Assembly: GCA_012295275.1 (NCBI GenBank)
Contig: CM022672.1
Location: forward strand, 1,426,001-1,490,000
DNA length: 64,000 nt
Source: Chrysomallon squamiferum
Taxonomy: Eukaryota > Animalia > Mollusca
Direction: 5' to 3'
The first letter of the stretch is position 1. Each line of letters opens with the position of its first letter. A model generated the notes under the pieces. It searched no databases, had not been told where the DNA came from, and worked only from the letters and a program-made list of their open reading frames with translations. Position numbers and translations under genes: made by a program. This document shows, in pieces, positions 40,772 through 56,200 of this stretch.

Positions 40772-43700
40772 ATGATGAATTCTACAGAAAACGAGGAGTG
40801 TCTTGATCATGAAATTTGTCAGCAGTTGGAAAAACATGTAGAATTACTCAGTTTTTCTGGCAAACAAAGTCTTGATCAAGAAACGATGAAAAAGTTAAAA
40901 AAAATGTGCAGGTAATTAATATTATTTGTCAGTTTTGTCTCATAATTATATTGTTTACAACAGTGCACAATCATAAATTTTAAAGCATTAAATTTAACAT
41001 TCATGATAGGGTTATTCCTATCTATACTTTATATATAAACAGCACTTTAGAATATGAAATGTATGTGTGTTACATTTTAAACTGAATACTGTTTGCTCAT
41101 CTGACTGAATTTGTAATACACGTGTCCATACACATACAATCATATGTACATGTATACAATTTGCTGATGAGATGAGGTTTGCATTATTTGTGAGCAACCA
41201 CTAGTTACAAATATGCTATATATGTGTGTGTTTGAAAGCCTGAAAACAGCTTTTTGGTAGAAATATTTTCCAAATTTAAGAATATTTAAATTTATTTATT
41301 TATTGTATATTATTTTATATGATAATTATAAATTTTTCTTTACATTTTCCAACTTTAAGAATTTTTTAATTTATTTATTTATTTATGTTATGTTATGTTA
41401 TGTTACAACATATCATTTTATTTTATTTTATTTTATTCTTATTTTATATTTTTGCATTCAGAAAGTCTGACATGTACATTAAATATGTCTACCACTTGCT
41501 GATGATGCAGCTAGAGAAAAACCATGCAGAAGTTCGACTTTCTGTGTTCCAAATGATTGATGAACTTTTCAACAGATCTCACATGTTCAGAGAACTTCTT
41601 GTGTCAGACTTTCAAACCTTTCTGGATCTTACTGTCGGTAAGTTGTTTCCCATTCTAGCAAATGCCCCATGTTATTTTTTAAAGATCTAATATGTATTAT
41701 TCATCAAGCAAATAAAAGATCTCCCTGCTAAAGCAAACTGATAAGAGTAATTCATGGAATTTAGAAGCAGATTATTAAAACATAAATGATGATAAATAAA
41801 AAAAATTGTTGTAAATATATAAATTTATTAAATATTATAAAAAAAAGTTGACTTATGTATTTATTAATTTCTTATCATTATTAGAGATAATCGTTTTATG
41901 ACATACAAATTTTGAAAACATGATATGTCTAATGCTAGATAAAGGACTTGAGGAGTTAGTGATATCAGAAAACTGCATTGATGGCAGTGGTTCAAATGAA
42001 GAGAAAATATTTTGCATAGTAGTAACAAGAAAAACTAGTTGAAGAATAATAAAATAGCATTAATTATAATAAGAATGGTTTCTTTATTTTAGAAACTGAT
42101 GTTGACATGCCTTTGCCACCACCAAAACATATTGCAAAAAAACTGAAATCTGATACTTTGAAAGCTCTTCAGCAGTGGCAAGAAAAGTATGGAGAGGCTT
42201 ACACAAAGTTAGCCATAGGCTACAATTACCTGCTGACTTGCAAACAGGTAACTCGTTAATGCCTTAAATTCATTTTACTCATTATTATTTTTTATTCTGT
42301 ATCAGACATTTATTGACTTCTGATTAATATCTACCTTAATATTAAGCGCTGCATGACAGAGGGCACTTTCACATGTTGGTTAGTTCAGAAAATAATAATG
42401 ATATAATAATCTAAAACTTACAAACTAAAAAAAAAGTGTTCTGTTTCAGATAGATTTTAATGATATTCAGTCAAGAAATGTTGCAGAAAGACGAGCTACT
42501 GAAGAAAAAGAAAGAAAAAAACAAAACCTTATGAAAACCAAACTAAATAATATTTTGAAAGAAATTAAAGGTAAAGCAGTTATTTTGCTTTACAGACCAA
42601 AATTCAAGTTTACAACCAGTCTTATTTTCAATATCTGAAAGTTAATATAACTAAATGTTTGAACTATTAAAAGTAACCATTTTTTTTTTGCAATTAATTT
42701 TACCTTTTGTTTTCAAATCAAAAATGCCTATACAAAAACATTTAAATTCATTTGTTACTTCTTTGATGTAGCAGTCTTAAAAAAAAAACAATAAATAAAT
42801 AAATAAAAACCAAAATACAATTTGATATGTGAAAATATTTTTTGAAATAAATATAATTAACAACAATTTCTTTTCTTTTCATCCAGTTATAATTATATCA
42901 CACTTTTCATAATTCTTTCTTTCTTTGTCAGAAATTTTGTCCATGTGACATCATACTTACTACATTTGGTCAGTAAAGCTTAATTTCATAATATATTTTC
43001 AGAAACTACTCCTGAGGTTGAAACTGCAGTTAAAGAAGCTGAAGAATGTCTTCAGCTTATATTACCTCGTCCAGATTCATTTTTTGTAGCAGATTCTGAG
43101 ATTGTTGGGTTCAATGGTCATTCAAGCCAGGCAACAGAACCATCAGCCTCTAAATGTAATCTGAATTCTCACAGAACCAGAATTAATGAATCTACAAATT
43201 CTTCTCTAATCAAAGGCACAGGCATCAGTTCAGAAACAAATGATGGGTCAAATGACAAATTTACTTCTTCAAAATTTAAAAGATTGTCAACTGAAACAAA
43301 TAATACAAAAAAGGTTTTGTCAAAAAATGAAACACAGATATCTGAAAATACATCTTCAGAGTCTTCAAAAAGATGTTCTCTGTTAGAAAAAGATAAACAT
43401 TCTGTAAAGGACAATGGCAATGCAGAAAATGATTCTTTAGACACAGTTTCTGAAAATGGCCAAAACAAATCAGCTAATGTTTCTACTGAATCAAAAGAAG
43501 AAGACTCTGAAGATGATGATTTTGAAGAGGTTTCAGATTCTGAAAATAATTTCATACAAGAACATGGGTTGATTTCTAGAAATTACAATGTGACCATAGA
43601 TATTGGACCAGTGGCTTCACGGATCAGAGAAACTGAAGAAAACTCTGATATCTTCACATCTCTGAGAGACTCAGCCCATTTAGTGAAAAATAAATATATT

Positions 43701-45540
43701 CCTCTTGTTGTTGAGTGGCTCGAGGTATGATTTTAAATAAAAATTCATTTCTATGGTTAACATTACCAGTCTTTAAAAGCATTGAATTATAATCAATTAC
43801 CATCATCAGAAACATCAGTTTGGATAATTAAAATATTTGAGATTTTATTAGGCCATTAGGCCATTAGTTTTCAATAATTAAATGAATTTAATTTTTCTCT
43901 TTTGTATCTATTAAAAACATCCATTAATAAATATTTTGGGCCATTCTGTCAAACTTATAATATTCTGAATGTTAAGTATATTTTCTTATTTTTTAATAAG
44001 TTGATTATCATTGTTTTGACAAATAAACATGGTTATTTTGGTATGATGTGTTAATCTCATTTGACCTCACATATATACAACATTTATAGTTAGTGTTGCA
44101 TTAACCTGTAACATTCTGGAAATATTATTTTCATCTTTTACTCAATGCTTATTACAGATTTTATCAAAAAATGGTGCTGCAGAGAAGGATATTAAATCAG
44201 TAATAGATCTAAAGATGAAGTTGGTATCGGTTATTGAGAAATGTGTTGATTTGAATTTGATATCTGGAGGTCAAACAAAGAGAAAAAGAAATGACTCAGG
44301 TATATTTCTAAATGAATGAATGAATTTTTTAATATTTGAAAGGCTCAACATCTGAACTGTCAAAAGAAATATTGAGATTCATACAGAGGTACTTAATATT
44401 TAATGCTAAATTAATATTTAATGATCCGAACCAAAAGAGTATTCCAGCAATTCTAGGCCTTTGATTTATGTAATGCAATCTCAGAACAGTTTAATATTAA
44501 CACATTATTTGGTGTTAATTATATATTTATTGCTTATTAAAAATGTAAGTAAGGAAGCTTGACACAATTTTGAGGACTCTTTTTTATGTCAAAGAAAGGA
44601 ATTTTTTATATGCAACTTTATGGGCTTCATTCTGTTTGTTTAATTTATACTATTTCTTTTCTTTTTCTGTATTTTTCTTTGTTTTATTTAAATATAAAAT
44701 AAATAAAAAACACAGAGGGGCTAGTCACATATTCATGTTCTGTTCATAACAATGACTAATTACAGTTAATTTTAATTTTATGTTTAATTCTAGACGATGA
44801 AGATGATGATTTTGAAGAGGTGCCTGAAAAAGAAGGTTATGAACCACACATTCCATCACATCTTAGAAAGGAATATGGTGAGATATTTTACATTTCTTTA
44901 CTAAACATTCATGGCAAAAAAAAATAAAGTTTTAAATTATAGTTGTTGTTGTTAATAAAATAAAAAAATAAAATATGTTTTAAAAATGTATATATTTATA
45001 TATCATTTACTAAAAAGTATTTTCTTAACCAACATATTTTTATTTTTATTTTTATTTCAGGTTTGGAACCTGAGGAGAAAGTGAAAGCACCAGAAAAGTT
45101 CATGGCTGCCATTACTCCTCAGTTCTGGAATATGAAGACGGTAAAAAGATGTGCTGAGGATCCAACATCCAGGGAAGCTAATCTTGCCAAACTAAAAACA
45201 GGAGCTGTGGATAGCAGCATCAGTTACAAAGGAGGGAAGTAAGTGTCTTGAAGTTTGTCTGAATATTCATTTAAAATTACATTAACATAATTACATTTTT
45301 AAATTTAATTTAATTTTTCTTTTTTTTTTTTTTTTTTTTTTTTGGTTGTTCTTCTGGGTTATTTTTTGAGGGGGTGTGTTTTTTTCCTTTTTTTTCTCTT
45401 TTTATATTGATTTTATAAAAAAAAAAAAAAAAATAATTTTTTCTTTCCAGTAGTGGAAAAAGCAGGTTTAGTTAACTTTAACATCCACAGACATAATTCA
45501 ACACCGTAAAACTATTTTTAAAGTTTTGTGAGTTAAATTT

Positions 45541-45571
<31 letters not shown>

Positions 45572-46652
45572 TTATTTATTTTACTGCAGGCTGAAAGAAC
45601 ATCCTTCCACATCATCTAAAGATAACCAGCAGTCATCAGATAAAAATGTCCCTTTTGTGCCATTTGGAGTGGATTTGGCTCACTGGGGCAACCTGGACAG
45701 TATTGAACCACCAACAGTTGTAAAGTAGGTGACTGTTTTTAATATAATGAAATTAATCATGGTAGAAAGTTCCTAAGTTATGATATAATCATTTTATGAA
45801 CTTTTTTTTTCAAAGTTTGTAGCTATAGCTGTATGCCTGTCCTTGGATTCACTATAGCAGTAGAGAGTTTGAAAATAAAAAAATGCATGTCTTAAACTTT
45901 TTGTCAGTGAAATTATTAAAAAATAATTTTATTTATAATTCAAGCAATATCAAAATTTGCACCAAAGCTTAAGGTTTTAGTTTTTATTTATTTATTTATT
46001 TTAATAGAAGGTACCCAGTGTGGTGAGGTATTAGTTTTTAATATGTTAAACATCCATAAACATTTTTTGTTTTTTATTAGGTTTGATTCCCTTCATCGTT
46101 TCTGGACACCACATGAACATTCAGCAGAAAAAGCAAGCCAGGTACATTAGCCTTTTGACATAATTAAATAAAATTATTGTTATTTTTGGCCTCCACATCA
46201 CCAGCTAATTGGGATTAATTTTAAATTAATTATATAAATATTTATCACTTTTTAATGCTCAATGATAGTGCAAAACGTATGCAGTGTGTTTCATCTTTTG
46301 TTATCTGCTGTGCTTTTAATAGATATTGTAAAATATTATGTTTGCTTAGTTTAAAACCAACTGAAAATGATTAGCTTTTAAAATATGATTTTGACAATAC
46401 TCTTCAGATTAGGAACATAATATATATTTAGTTTTAATGAGTGTATTAATTTTATGACATTTTATCTGTTGAGAATTACTTATTCTGTTGATAATTAATC
46501 CCACAGACACCAATCTTGTTTACTGTATGGGAGCAGCCAAGACTGGCATTCCCAAATGTTTTGTATAGTTTATAAGGAAAGTGGAAATATAAGAAAAACA
46601 TTTTTTTGTTTTTATATATATATATATATATAAACACACACACACACACACA

Positions 46653-46683
<31 letters not shown>

Positions 46684-47896
46684 GATATAGAATGATGTGG
46701 CAGCACTTACCAGTAGAACATTTTATTACACTGGTGAATTTAAACCTGTCAAATGGAAATGTCGTGCACCTTTACCAAATGGAAAGCTATGTGAGAGAAT
46801 GGACCGAGAAAAGGCAAGCAACACTTTCATTAATTATGTAGCTTAACAATAGTTACAACTTTCATCTTTTTTTTAATTATTTTTATTTTTTCTTAGTAGT
46901 AGGAGAGTTACAAAATGCATATAATGAGAATAATAGGAATCCATTTACTTAAACTTTTGACTACCTCTATTCACTATTAGTGGTTACAATTTCAATTTCC
47001 CCTACACCTATAGAGACTGCTTTATTTATAACAGAACCTCTCGTGAATCCTATGTTTTAATTGATCCAGTTTGTTGCTAGACATTTTATGCTTCAATCAT
47101 GGTTTTAACTTTTGCTAACACATTATATAATACCAAACTTTTTTTTAAATAAACATTTTGCTTTTAAAAAATAAATTATTTTTATCCTTTTCTAGTGTCC
47201 TTTCCATGGCAAAATAATAGCCCGGAATGAGATGGGTCATCCTGAGAAAATGAATGATGCTCTTGAAGTAGCCAAGGAATCTCAGAGAAAAAGAAAAGGT
47301 AATTAAAAAATAACATTAAATTTAGATTTGATTATGAATACATGTAGAACCAGGCAAGGAAGGATCAGTAGTGTCAGGATATATGCTTGACAAGAGAGTT
47401 CTATTAATAAATAGATAAATAAATAATAAAAGTAACAAATTAATTTTATTCTGTATAGCTGCAAGAAGCAGTCTTCAGCAATATATATGTATGTTGACTT
47501 TTGATATTAGTATCACTATAACAAAAATGTATTATTTTTATCATCACTGTGATCATCATCATCATTATCCTTTTATCTTTATTATTTAAACTAGATGATT
47601 CACAGAGTTGGAAGGATCCAGAGATAATGAGAGAGATTGAAGCTGCAACTGGCCTTGACCTTGGCTCGGGCAAGTCAAAAGGCAAAGGTAAAGGCAAAGG
47701 AAAGGGCAAAGGCAAAAACAAACATCCAAATTTAACAGATATAAATGCAGTGAAGAATACCAGCAGGTCAAGACTGAAGAAGAAAATATTAAATAAAACA
47801 ACACTGAGGAAAATCAATGCTGCTCTTGATGCAGCAGACTATAAAAGAGTGAGGGACAAATTTGGAAATCAGTTCAATTATACACATTCAAAATAG
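40772..47896 (+). CDS. UVSSA: UV-stimulated scaffold protein A
   Basis: 13 exons: 40772-40911, 41462-41637, 42093-42247, 42450-42570, 43003-43724, 44158-44299, 44794-44877, 45061-45238, 45590-45724, 46081-46141, 46691-46813, 47196-47298, 47595-47896; [63 protein letters not shown]. Confidence 0.93.
46814..47195 (+). other. GC-AG intron in UVSSA
   Basis: Frame DREK|CPFHG needs donor AAG|GCAAGC and acceptor ttttctag. Confidence 0.85.
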
Positions 47897-49042
47897 TATA
47901 GTGTAGATAGGCCCGTGTGTGTGTGTGTGTGTGTGTGCACATATGCTCGTTGTTCATGTTTCAATGCATTTCTGAATATATGTATGTATGAAATTGTACA
48001 TGACTGTTTCTGTTGTGTGGATCTTTGTGTAGAGACTGTATGCTTGTTGTTTCAAAGCATTTCTGAATGCATATATGTATAAGTTTGTATGTATGTATTT
48101 TAACTCAATGTTTTCTTTTTATGTTTTGTATATGTATGGTTTATTATTTCAGTGCATTTCTGTATATACATATACACATTTGAATTTGTGTTACTTGAAT
48201 GTTACTGTTTTGTATATGAATGTGTTTATTTGAATATATTTTACAAAATGCTGTGATATCATTTTGTCTTTATACTTATTATTGCTACATACCTGATGTA
48301 CAAAAATAAATGTATTAATTAATGTGAATAATCATATTTCATTTTGAAGATTTTACTGCATTTTAATGAAATAAATACATTCACATTCTCATCTGAGTTT
48401 TTAATTAATTTTTTTTTTACTAATGTTTTATGTGATTTACTTTGAACAAAATGTTTTTATTTGTGACTGGATTATTGTTACAACAAATATAAACATAGGA
48501 GTTTTGTTAATAGGATAGGCAACTTGCAGATAGACAGAAGATTTTTGAAACTTGTTTTTTTGGTGCCTACTTAAACAACAAATATATCTCATTACTTAGT
48601 ATACTTCATATAGTGTTCCACAATATGCCCATAGATTAAATAATATTAATTTCTGTTATTTTTTTTTTTTTTTTTTTTTTCATTATTTTATATACGTTTC
48701 TGTTTATAATCAACATTTTATTCTCATTAATTACAACATATTTTATATAATTTATAAAAAAAAAATGTAGACCTAGAAATACAGGCAGAGATTTTATCTT
48801 TAATCTTTAATCTGCTACCCTCGGCATGTTATATCTGATCATAGAAATAAAACAATTGTGAGAGTTTACATGTAGATTTACTGGACATTAAATCCTCAGT
48901 TTTGAGAAAAATCTTTGCCTGTCTCGGTACCCTAAAGCGATCTTGTATCGCCGTGCAAAATTTCTTTTGAAGGCCCTATCTGCCACCACATCTATGGCCT
49001 AACTGTATTTTATTTTAATTTTTAGTTATGACTGATAATGAA

Positions 49043-49091
<49 letters not shown>

Positions 49092-49256
49092 TAAATGTAT
49101 GTATAATTTTGGTACCTAATAATAATACCAAAGACTTTGTTAACAGCTAACCTAAATAACCTAAGCTTAGTTAATTATCAGTGGAATCATACTGTTCCGT
49201 TTTGTCGACGGAGATAACTCTAGAAAACGGAAGTTATCGTCAGCAATGACGGAGAG

Positions 49257-49764
49257 ATGGAGATAACACTGTGGAGAACGTTTGTGTTTACACTATGTCT
49301 TGTTTTGTCAAATTTTGTCACCTTTGGTACGTTGTCATAATTCAGTTGAGAGAAGTGTAATTCTTGATAATATTTTAAATCGTTTGTACAAATATAATAT
49401 TTTGAAAATTAATAAGTAATTAAATTTGGGGCGTCGGAAATCTAGAATATTCTCAAGTCTATAACTGCTATGTGTTGTATATTGATAATATTCAAATGGT
49501 GTAATTTACTGTAAACAGCACGTGTACATATATATATATATTACCATTATTGCCTATAGTAACTTAAGAATAGAGTTGCACATTGCTGTTAAACTGTATG
49601 GATGTTGTGATATTTCTGAAAGTGTCATTTTTTAAAAATAATTCTTGCATAATAATAATTAATAATAATAATAATAATAATGTACATATTATTTTTAATC
49701 GTACTTCTTTTTTTAAGAAATTTCCATCTACTATTTCTTTCTTTTTTTAAATTTATTATTGTTG

Positions 49765-49808
<44 letters not shown>

Positions 49809-52597
49809 TTTAAGCCAAATAATAAATATCCATTATTACTAGTTTTTTTTTTTTTTTTTTTTTGGTAGTTTTTATTATTATTATTTTATTCACTTTCCAA
49901 TATTACATCAGAATGTGTTAAAAACATACAAATGATATGTTAATCTGCATATTATTTTTTTTTCAAATTTATTTTTCAGTTCTTCTGCAGGATACTACAA
50001 CCACTCCAAATATTGATTTTGTTGTAGCAGAGGCTCTTTTCTTTGAAATAATTGAACCAGATGTTTTAAGTTACACATATAAACTCCGACCTGCCAAAAA
50101 TTTTGGCTCTGACTTTGTAAGTTATTACATTACTTGTGATTTATAATTGATGATAAAAAATTATTTAAAAAAATTATTTGACTGAATTATTCATATAAAA
50201 TATTATTCTTACTGAATTTATAATAGTAATGCTTGAATAGATATGGTATAAAATTGCAGTTGCATTCTTATATAACGGGGATCAATAAATATTCTGATCT
50301 CAAATTGTTTTGAACAGGTGCTGCTATGTAATAAATTAGTTCACTGTTAAATTGTGTTTTTGAATGTGATAGAAACCGTTTATCATGTCTGTAAAACAAG
50401 TGTATAATTAAAAAATATCTGAACCTACATCAGTGTTAATGAAATCAAAATTATTTTGTTTATTTTCAACAAATAAGGGATGTACAAATATAACTGTGTC
50501 CTTGTTGCACAAATGCACAAAGTAAATTTAATAGCACTGAAAATGTAATTTACATTTGTATAGATAACCCTGGTCTAAGTTTAAAATAGTTGTTGTGAAA
50601 AGAAACAGAAATTTCAAAAATCAATTATTAAAATATTTGTAAAGGACATACTTTAAAAAAAATTATTATCATGGTTTATTGTTTTATGTATATTTTGTAA
50701 TTTTTTATTTACAAATTACAACATGCATTATTTCCGAAAATAGCATATATATATAATCAAAAAGTGTTGCTTAGAAGATGCAGATGTTTATTGAAATAAT
50801 TTGTGGTCTGTGAGTTTACAAAATTACTGTAAATTTCAAAGGAGAAATTTATTGATCAAAAATTTGTTTTCATTTTTTCTAAGATTTGATAATTATTGTG
50901 TTTTACTCATAAAACATTTATTCACATCTGCCACTTGTGTGTGTGTGTGTGTGTGTGGACATGTACACAAAATATGACATACAAAAAATCAACTGAAAAA
51001 ACACCAAGGAAGATTAATGTTTGTGAAATTAAAAAAATTGTCTGTTGACTAGGAATTACATAAACATTCAAAATTCATAGTTACGTTCTTTTTCAGGACA
51101 GGCAGTATAAAAATATTGATCTGATGCTAGCAGAACCTTTTGAAGCTTGCAGTCCACTAGCTAATTCTGTTAAAGGATCAGTCGTATTGATATTCAGAGG
51201 GTTTGTACATATATATATATATAACATGCATGCATGCATGCATGCACGCACGCACGCATGCACACACACACTAATATTGCAGATTAATAAATTACCCTAT
51301 TTATGCTAACAGCATTTTAGATAAATTTATTTGCTAACATTCCTTTTTGTGCCTATGTTTTTTTTTTTTTTCATCATATATTGTCAGTTTATTAATGGTT
51401 TATACACAGAACTTTAATAATAATATAAAAATGCAGGATATCAAATTTCATGTTTTATTACATTTTAAAAAAAAATGTTAAACCTGTTCTTTATTATTTT
51501 TAATGTTTAGCATGTGATTTGAAATTAAAAAATTTACATATATATATTGTTTTTACATTTTCATTTTTTTAATCTGTTATTTGCAAATCATAAGATTCAT
51601 GTAAAAAAAATAAAATAAAAAAACAACAAAAAAAGAAAAAGATATGGTCTGTTTTCCTATCAGTATAAATTAAATAGAACTGTTTATGTCATTAAAAAAA
51701 ATAAAAAAAAAAAATAAATAAATAAATAAATAAGTAAGTAAGTAAATAAAGCCAAATCATTAATATTATCATTATTCTGACTGACCAAGGTTTATGCATA
51801 ATTAAGTCCTTTTTTTTCTTTTTTTTTTTCTTTTTTTCATAATTTTTTTCTCCAGGGGTTGTTCTTTTCTGTCGAAAACATACAATGCAGAGCAGGCTGG
51901 GGCTGTTGCTGCAATAATCAGTGACAGTGATGAAGAGAATGATGGAAGGTTTATAGACATGGTAGATGACAATACACATAGAAATGTAAAAATTCCATCA
52001 GCGTTCCTTATGGGCAAGGATGGGTGAGTTGGTTTATACAATTTTTATAGCTATGTAAAAATTCACAAAAAAAGTAAATGCTAACATTAAAAAAATATAA
52101 ATACAAATGACAGTAAACTAAACAGTTTTATAATTAAATCAGACAAGTGATAGAGACATACTTGATTAAAGTGTCTCTGAGATGCAATAACATTTTTTTC
52201 TAAACATATTTTTATTTTTATGATCATATTTTATATGGTTTCAGTGTCTGTGTATGTTAAATGTATCTAATTAAAAAATGTTTATGGGAAGCTGTTATGA
52301 GGATTGTTTGAGCAACTGAACTTCTGAAAAAGCAATGATGATTATTTCCTCTGTTTTGCAAGAATTGATGGTTAATGGATGCTTCCCAGTTGAAAATACT
52401 CCATGAATATATAGCGACCACCTTGCTTACAGGCTTGTAATTCCCATGTTATCACATTATTTAACTTTTATTTCAGAGCAATGATAAAAAGAAAGCTGGC
52501 TCAGATGAATATTAGTCATGCTGTTATAAACATTCCAATCAATGTCACTAGCATTACAGTTGGAAAAACAAAACGTCCACCATGGACGTTGTGGTAG
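49257..52597 (+). CDS. PRADC1: Protease-associated domain-containing protein 1
   Basis: Exons 49257-49326 (signal peptide), 49980-50116 (YTYKLRPAKNFG), 51097-51200, 51856-52023 (GGCSFLSK..AEQAGAVAAII..IPSAFLMGKDG), 52477-52597 ending PPWTLW*. Confidence 0.92.
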
Positions 52598-53169
52598 AAA
52601 AAAACACATCACAGTTTTTGCCTTTCAGTTCAGTTTCTTAGTAAATATTTATTAGGTTCTGTCTTTAAATGACAATATGAGTACACTGTGTTCAGAAAAG
52701 ACAGTAAGTTATGCAAACTTGTGACAAAAACTTTCATATCAAACACCTTTTTGAAGGAGATTTGTTAATAATTTTTTTTTTTTTCAGGGAATATTTTTCC
52801 AGACTTGTGCCAAATATATCCATAACTTGAAAGTGAAATTATTTTTTTTTTTTTTTATTAGTCTTGTTTTAATCTGTTGTGTTCCCATGTTGTTAGGTAG
52901 ACTTGCAGTTGATAAAGATTCATGTTTTAAGATTTAATGTTCCTTGTATTGAATGAGTTTGGTTCTGTACATTTGCACACAAATGCAAGATGAATAGTTT
53001 ATTCATATTATTTATATCATTTCGTATGTTGTTTTGTAAATATTTATTTATTGAAAATACAGGCTTATGATATATGAGAGCCACTGTTAATTTTTCCTGA
53101 TAATAATCTGATGATTTCTTGGGGCAGATCCCCAAATGGATCATCATGAAAAATAACTGCATCTGTACA

Positions 53170-53201
<32 letters not shown>

Positions 53202-56200
53202 ATAGCACATTTTCTGTCTACTTTTGAACCACAAATTGTGCAAAAATACAAAAATATAAATAAATAAATAAAACAAGTAAATAAAAAATTACTACTACCA
53301 ATTTTTAATTTTTTTTTTTTTTATTATATATTTTTTTAACTCCATCCTTTAAAATATTCAACAGCTTAGGACCGAGAATATAAAAATACTTTGTAGATTG
53401 CTCATTAATAAACAGCATTTACACTGAATAGACAGGTGATCTAATAATATTTTTACATATGCAAGATAACACTGAATTAATTTCCAGGCAGACTCTGTTC
53501 AAATGTGAAAATGCAGCTTTTATATATACATCGATAGATAGATAGATAGATAACATGTAGATTAATATTAAATTAGTAATTCAGAGTAACATAGTCAAAA
53601 AATTAATGGTGGTGGTTGTATGGATTATTTACCTATTTATTTTTCTGTATTTTTAATTTCTCTTTTAAATTGTTATTGAAAGTGGAAGGTGGTAGTATAA
53701 AATAGTTGTTATTGCTAAAAATGAATTTTGATTGTGAAAATAGAATGCATGAGATGGTACAAGTAGAATGTATAATAATTTTATTAACAGATAGAAGTCT
53801 TTGATTATGAAAATATGAGAGACTAGTAGTTTAACCTAGAACACTTATTACTGAAAGTAAAAACAAGCTGTTCTTTTTTTTTTTTTTTTTTATGAACGTA
53901 ACATTTTTTACTAAGTACTGCAGGTTGTTTTTTTTGACAGTTATAGATGAATTAAAAAATGATTGTACATGTAGTCAGTATAATTTCAGTATTAATTTAA
54001 AAGTATTTGCTGTAATTCAAATAATACTAGATCAGTAAAAATGTTCATCTATACTGAATTCATCTATATTTGAAGCATTCCATTCAAGACCCATATTGGT
54101 AAAAAAAAAAATAATATTCCATTGTTTTATTTCTTTTCAAATGACTGTTTAAGGAAAACCTGTAAATGATTGAAACTGTATTAGTTATTATAGTCTGTTT
54201 TCAATTATTTTCCACAACTGATGCATTAATAATTCCATTCAGGGAATTTATCACAAGATTTTTCTTGGTGCTGTATTTTTTTCAGATGCATTAAATATGG
54301 GTTAACAAGGCAGGTAAATAATTAAAATTCACCTGTAATTCTATACCAATTACAGTGTTTGCATAAATCAAAATTTTTATTTATGTGCCTTGCCAGTAAT
54401 TGTGCAGTTTTGTTATCTAACATTGAATCTTAGTTTGTTGAATAATAAATAAAAATGAAATTATGCTAATTACTATATTTTGTCATCTTTTTCACAAGAT
54501 CAGGGGGTGTAGATGTTTTTTTTTCAGTTTTTTTTTTTTGGTACAAAATAAGCTTCATATTTACAGGAAGTGATTTTTAAAAATTATTTTGAAGATGACT
54601 GTGGTTTTTCTTATATTTGGTAGCATCCAATTGTTCTCTTTTTAATTTGTGATTTTCTTGGATGAATGGAAATTTACTAATCTAACTTGATGTCCCATTA
54701 GGCTCTTTTTCATTCTCTGTAACTGATTTATCAAAGTCCATGCTTTATGCTTTCCTATCCTACAGGAATATACAATGAAATGTTCCATGATGCCGATTCT
54801 AAAAATTGCTACTGATATGGGAGTTTTCTTGTCATTTTTGTTAAAGAAATTATCTGATTAACCCTGAATAATCATAATTTTTTTTTTATGTTTTAACTAA
54901 ACATTCATCTGTTCATTCAGTAATTGGTATGTAACTGACATGTTAAAAAATCTGTTATATGCCTGGAAATATTCTTTAAATCAAAAAATATTTTTAAAAA
55001 TGCCATGAATTATCTGCAAGTAAACCAATACTGTAACCACATGAAATTGTTTCTGCAATCTGAAAATGAGCCATTTTCTCTAACCTCTCACAGAAACATG
55101 AATACGTATATGTTTTCAGTTAAGATTTACACCACAAAAACTCGAAAAAAAGAACTGTTGTATTTACATATTTCAGATTATTTTTATTCCATCTTAAACA
55201 TGGTACAAACACACATCTTTCATTCAACTCTGAATACACCTCTGCATACGTCAGAGGGTAGAAATTACATCTAATAATCATCAGGAAATAAGCAAAACAA
55301 ACACATTTTGTATTTAGGAGAAAAAACAAAAATGTAATTCAGTTGGCCACTATTTCATCAAAATGTCAGAACTAGGACTCAAAACCTGAATTTTTGTTTC
55401 TGTAATTAAAGTTGCCTGTGGTATACTGTAAATGAGCATATATTTATGTATAAAAACATTTTTATACAGTTTGTTGCACTTTGTACATTTTTTTTTTTTT
55501 TAATTTATTCTTTTTTAAAAAAAAAAAAAAAAAAGAAGAAAAGTGTATAAGCAGTAGAAACATCAACAAAAAGCATAAACTACTGCTTATGTAGCTTGAT
55601 AAAGGACATAACTACCTGTCTTTTAAAAAACCTTTACCATTGATTTATTAATATATTATATTTGAAGATAAGAAAAACTTATAAATTCAAACTTTTATGA
55701 TACAAATTTAACACTGATGTGAAATAACTGAAAAAATTATAATATTAAATTAACAAACCATTTTCAATCTTTATAGTTGCATTCTGTCACCATATTTAAA
55801 TATAGTGGGGAGGTTAATGTATGATTTTAAAAAAAAAAAAAAAAAATAAACAAAACACTAAACAATATTTCAAACTCCATTCGTAATGTAAAACAAAGGG
55901 TGAAATTAAATTATTATTTTGCCACTTCTACCTACACATCTGGGTTAATGCAAACTGATGAAAGACATCATGTGTTACAAAGGATGCAAAACACTGAAAA
56001 ATATATAATTAAATAAATTTTTAATTGAACAATAAACATTAATTACATAATGAAAAATGAAAACCTATCCCTATGATTAACTATTATAAATTATTTTTCA
56101 TGTAAGTAATTTAATAAGCAATATTATTTATAACCTGTTTTGTGATGGAGTGAACAACTTTTATTTTACCCATATCTACATGTGATTTATTACCAAAATA

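Noticed and set aside
43169-43555. Antisense ORFs over UVSSA (also 47446-47817 and 51802-52041 over PRADC1)
   Set aside because: Shadow frames of real plus-strand exons
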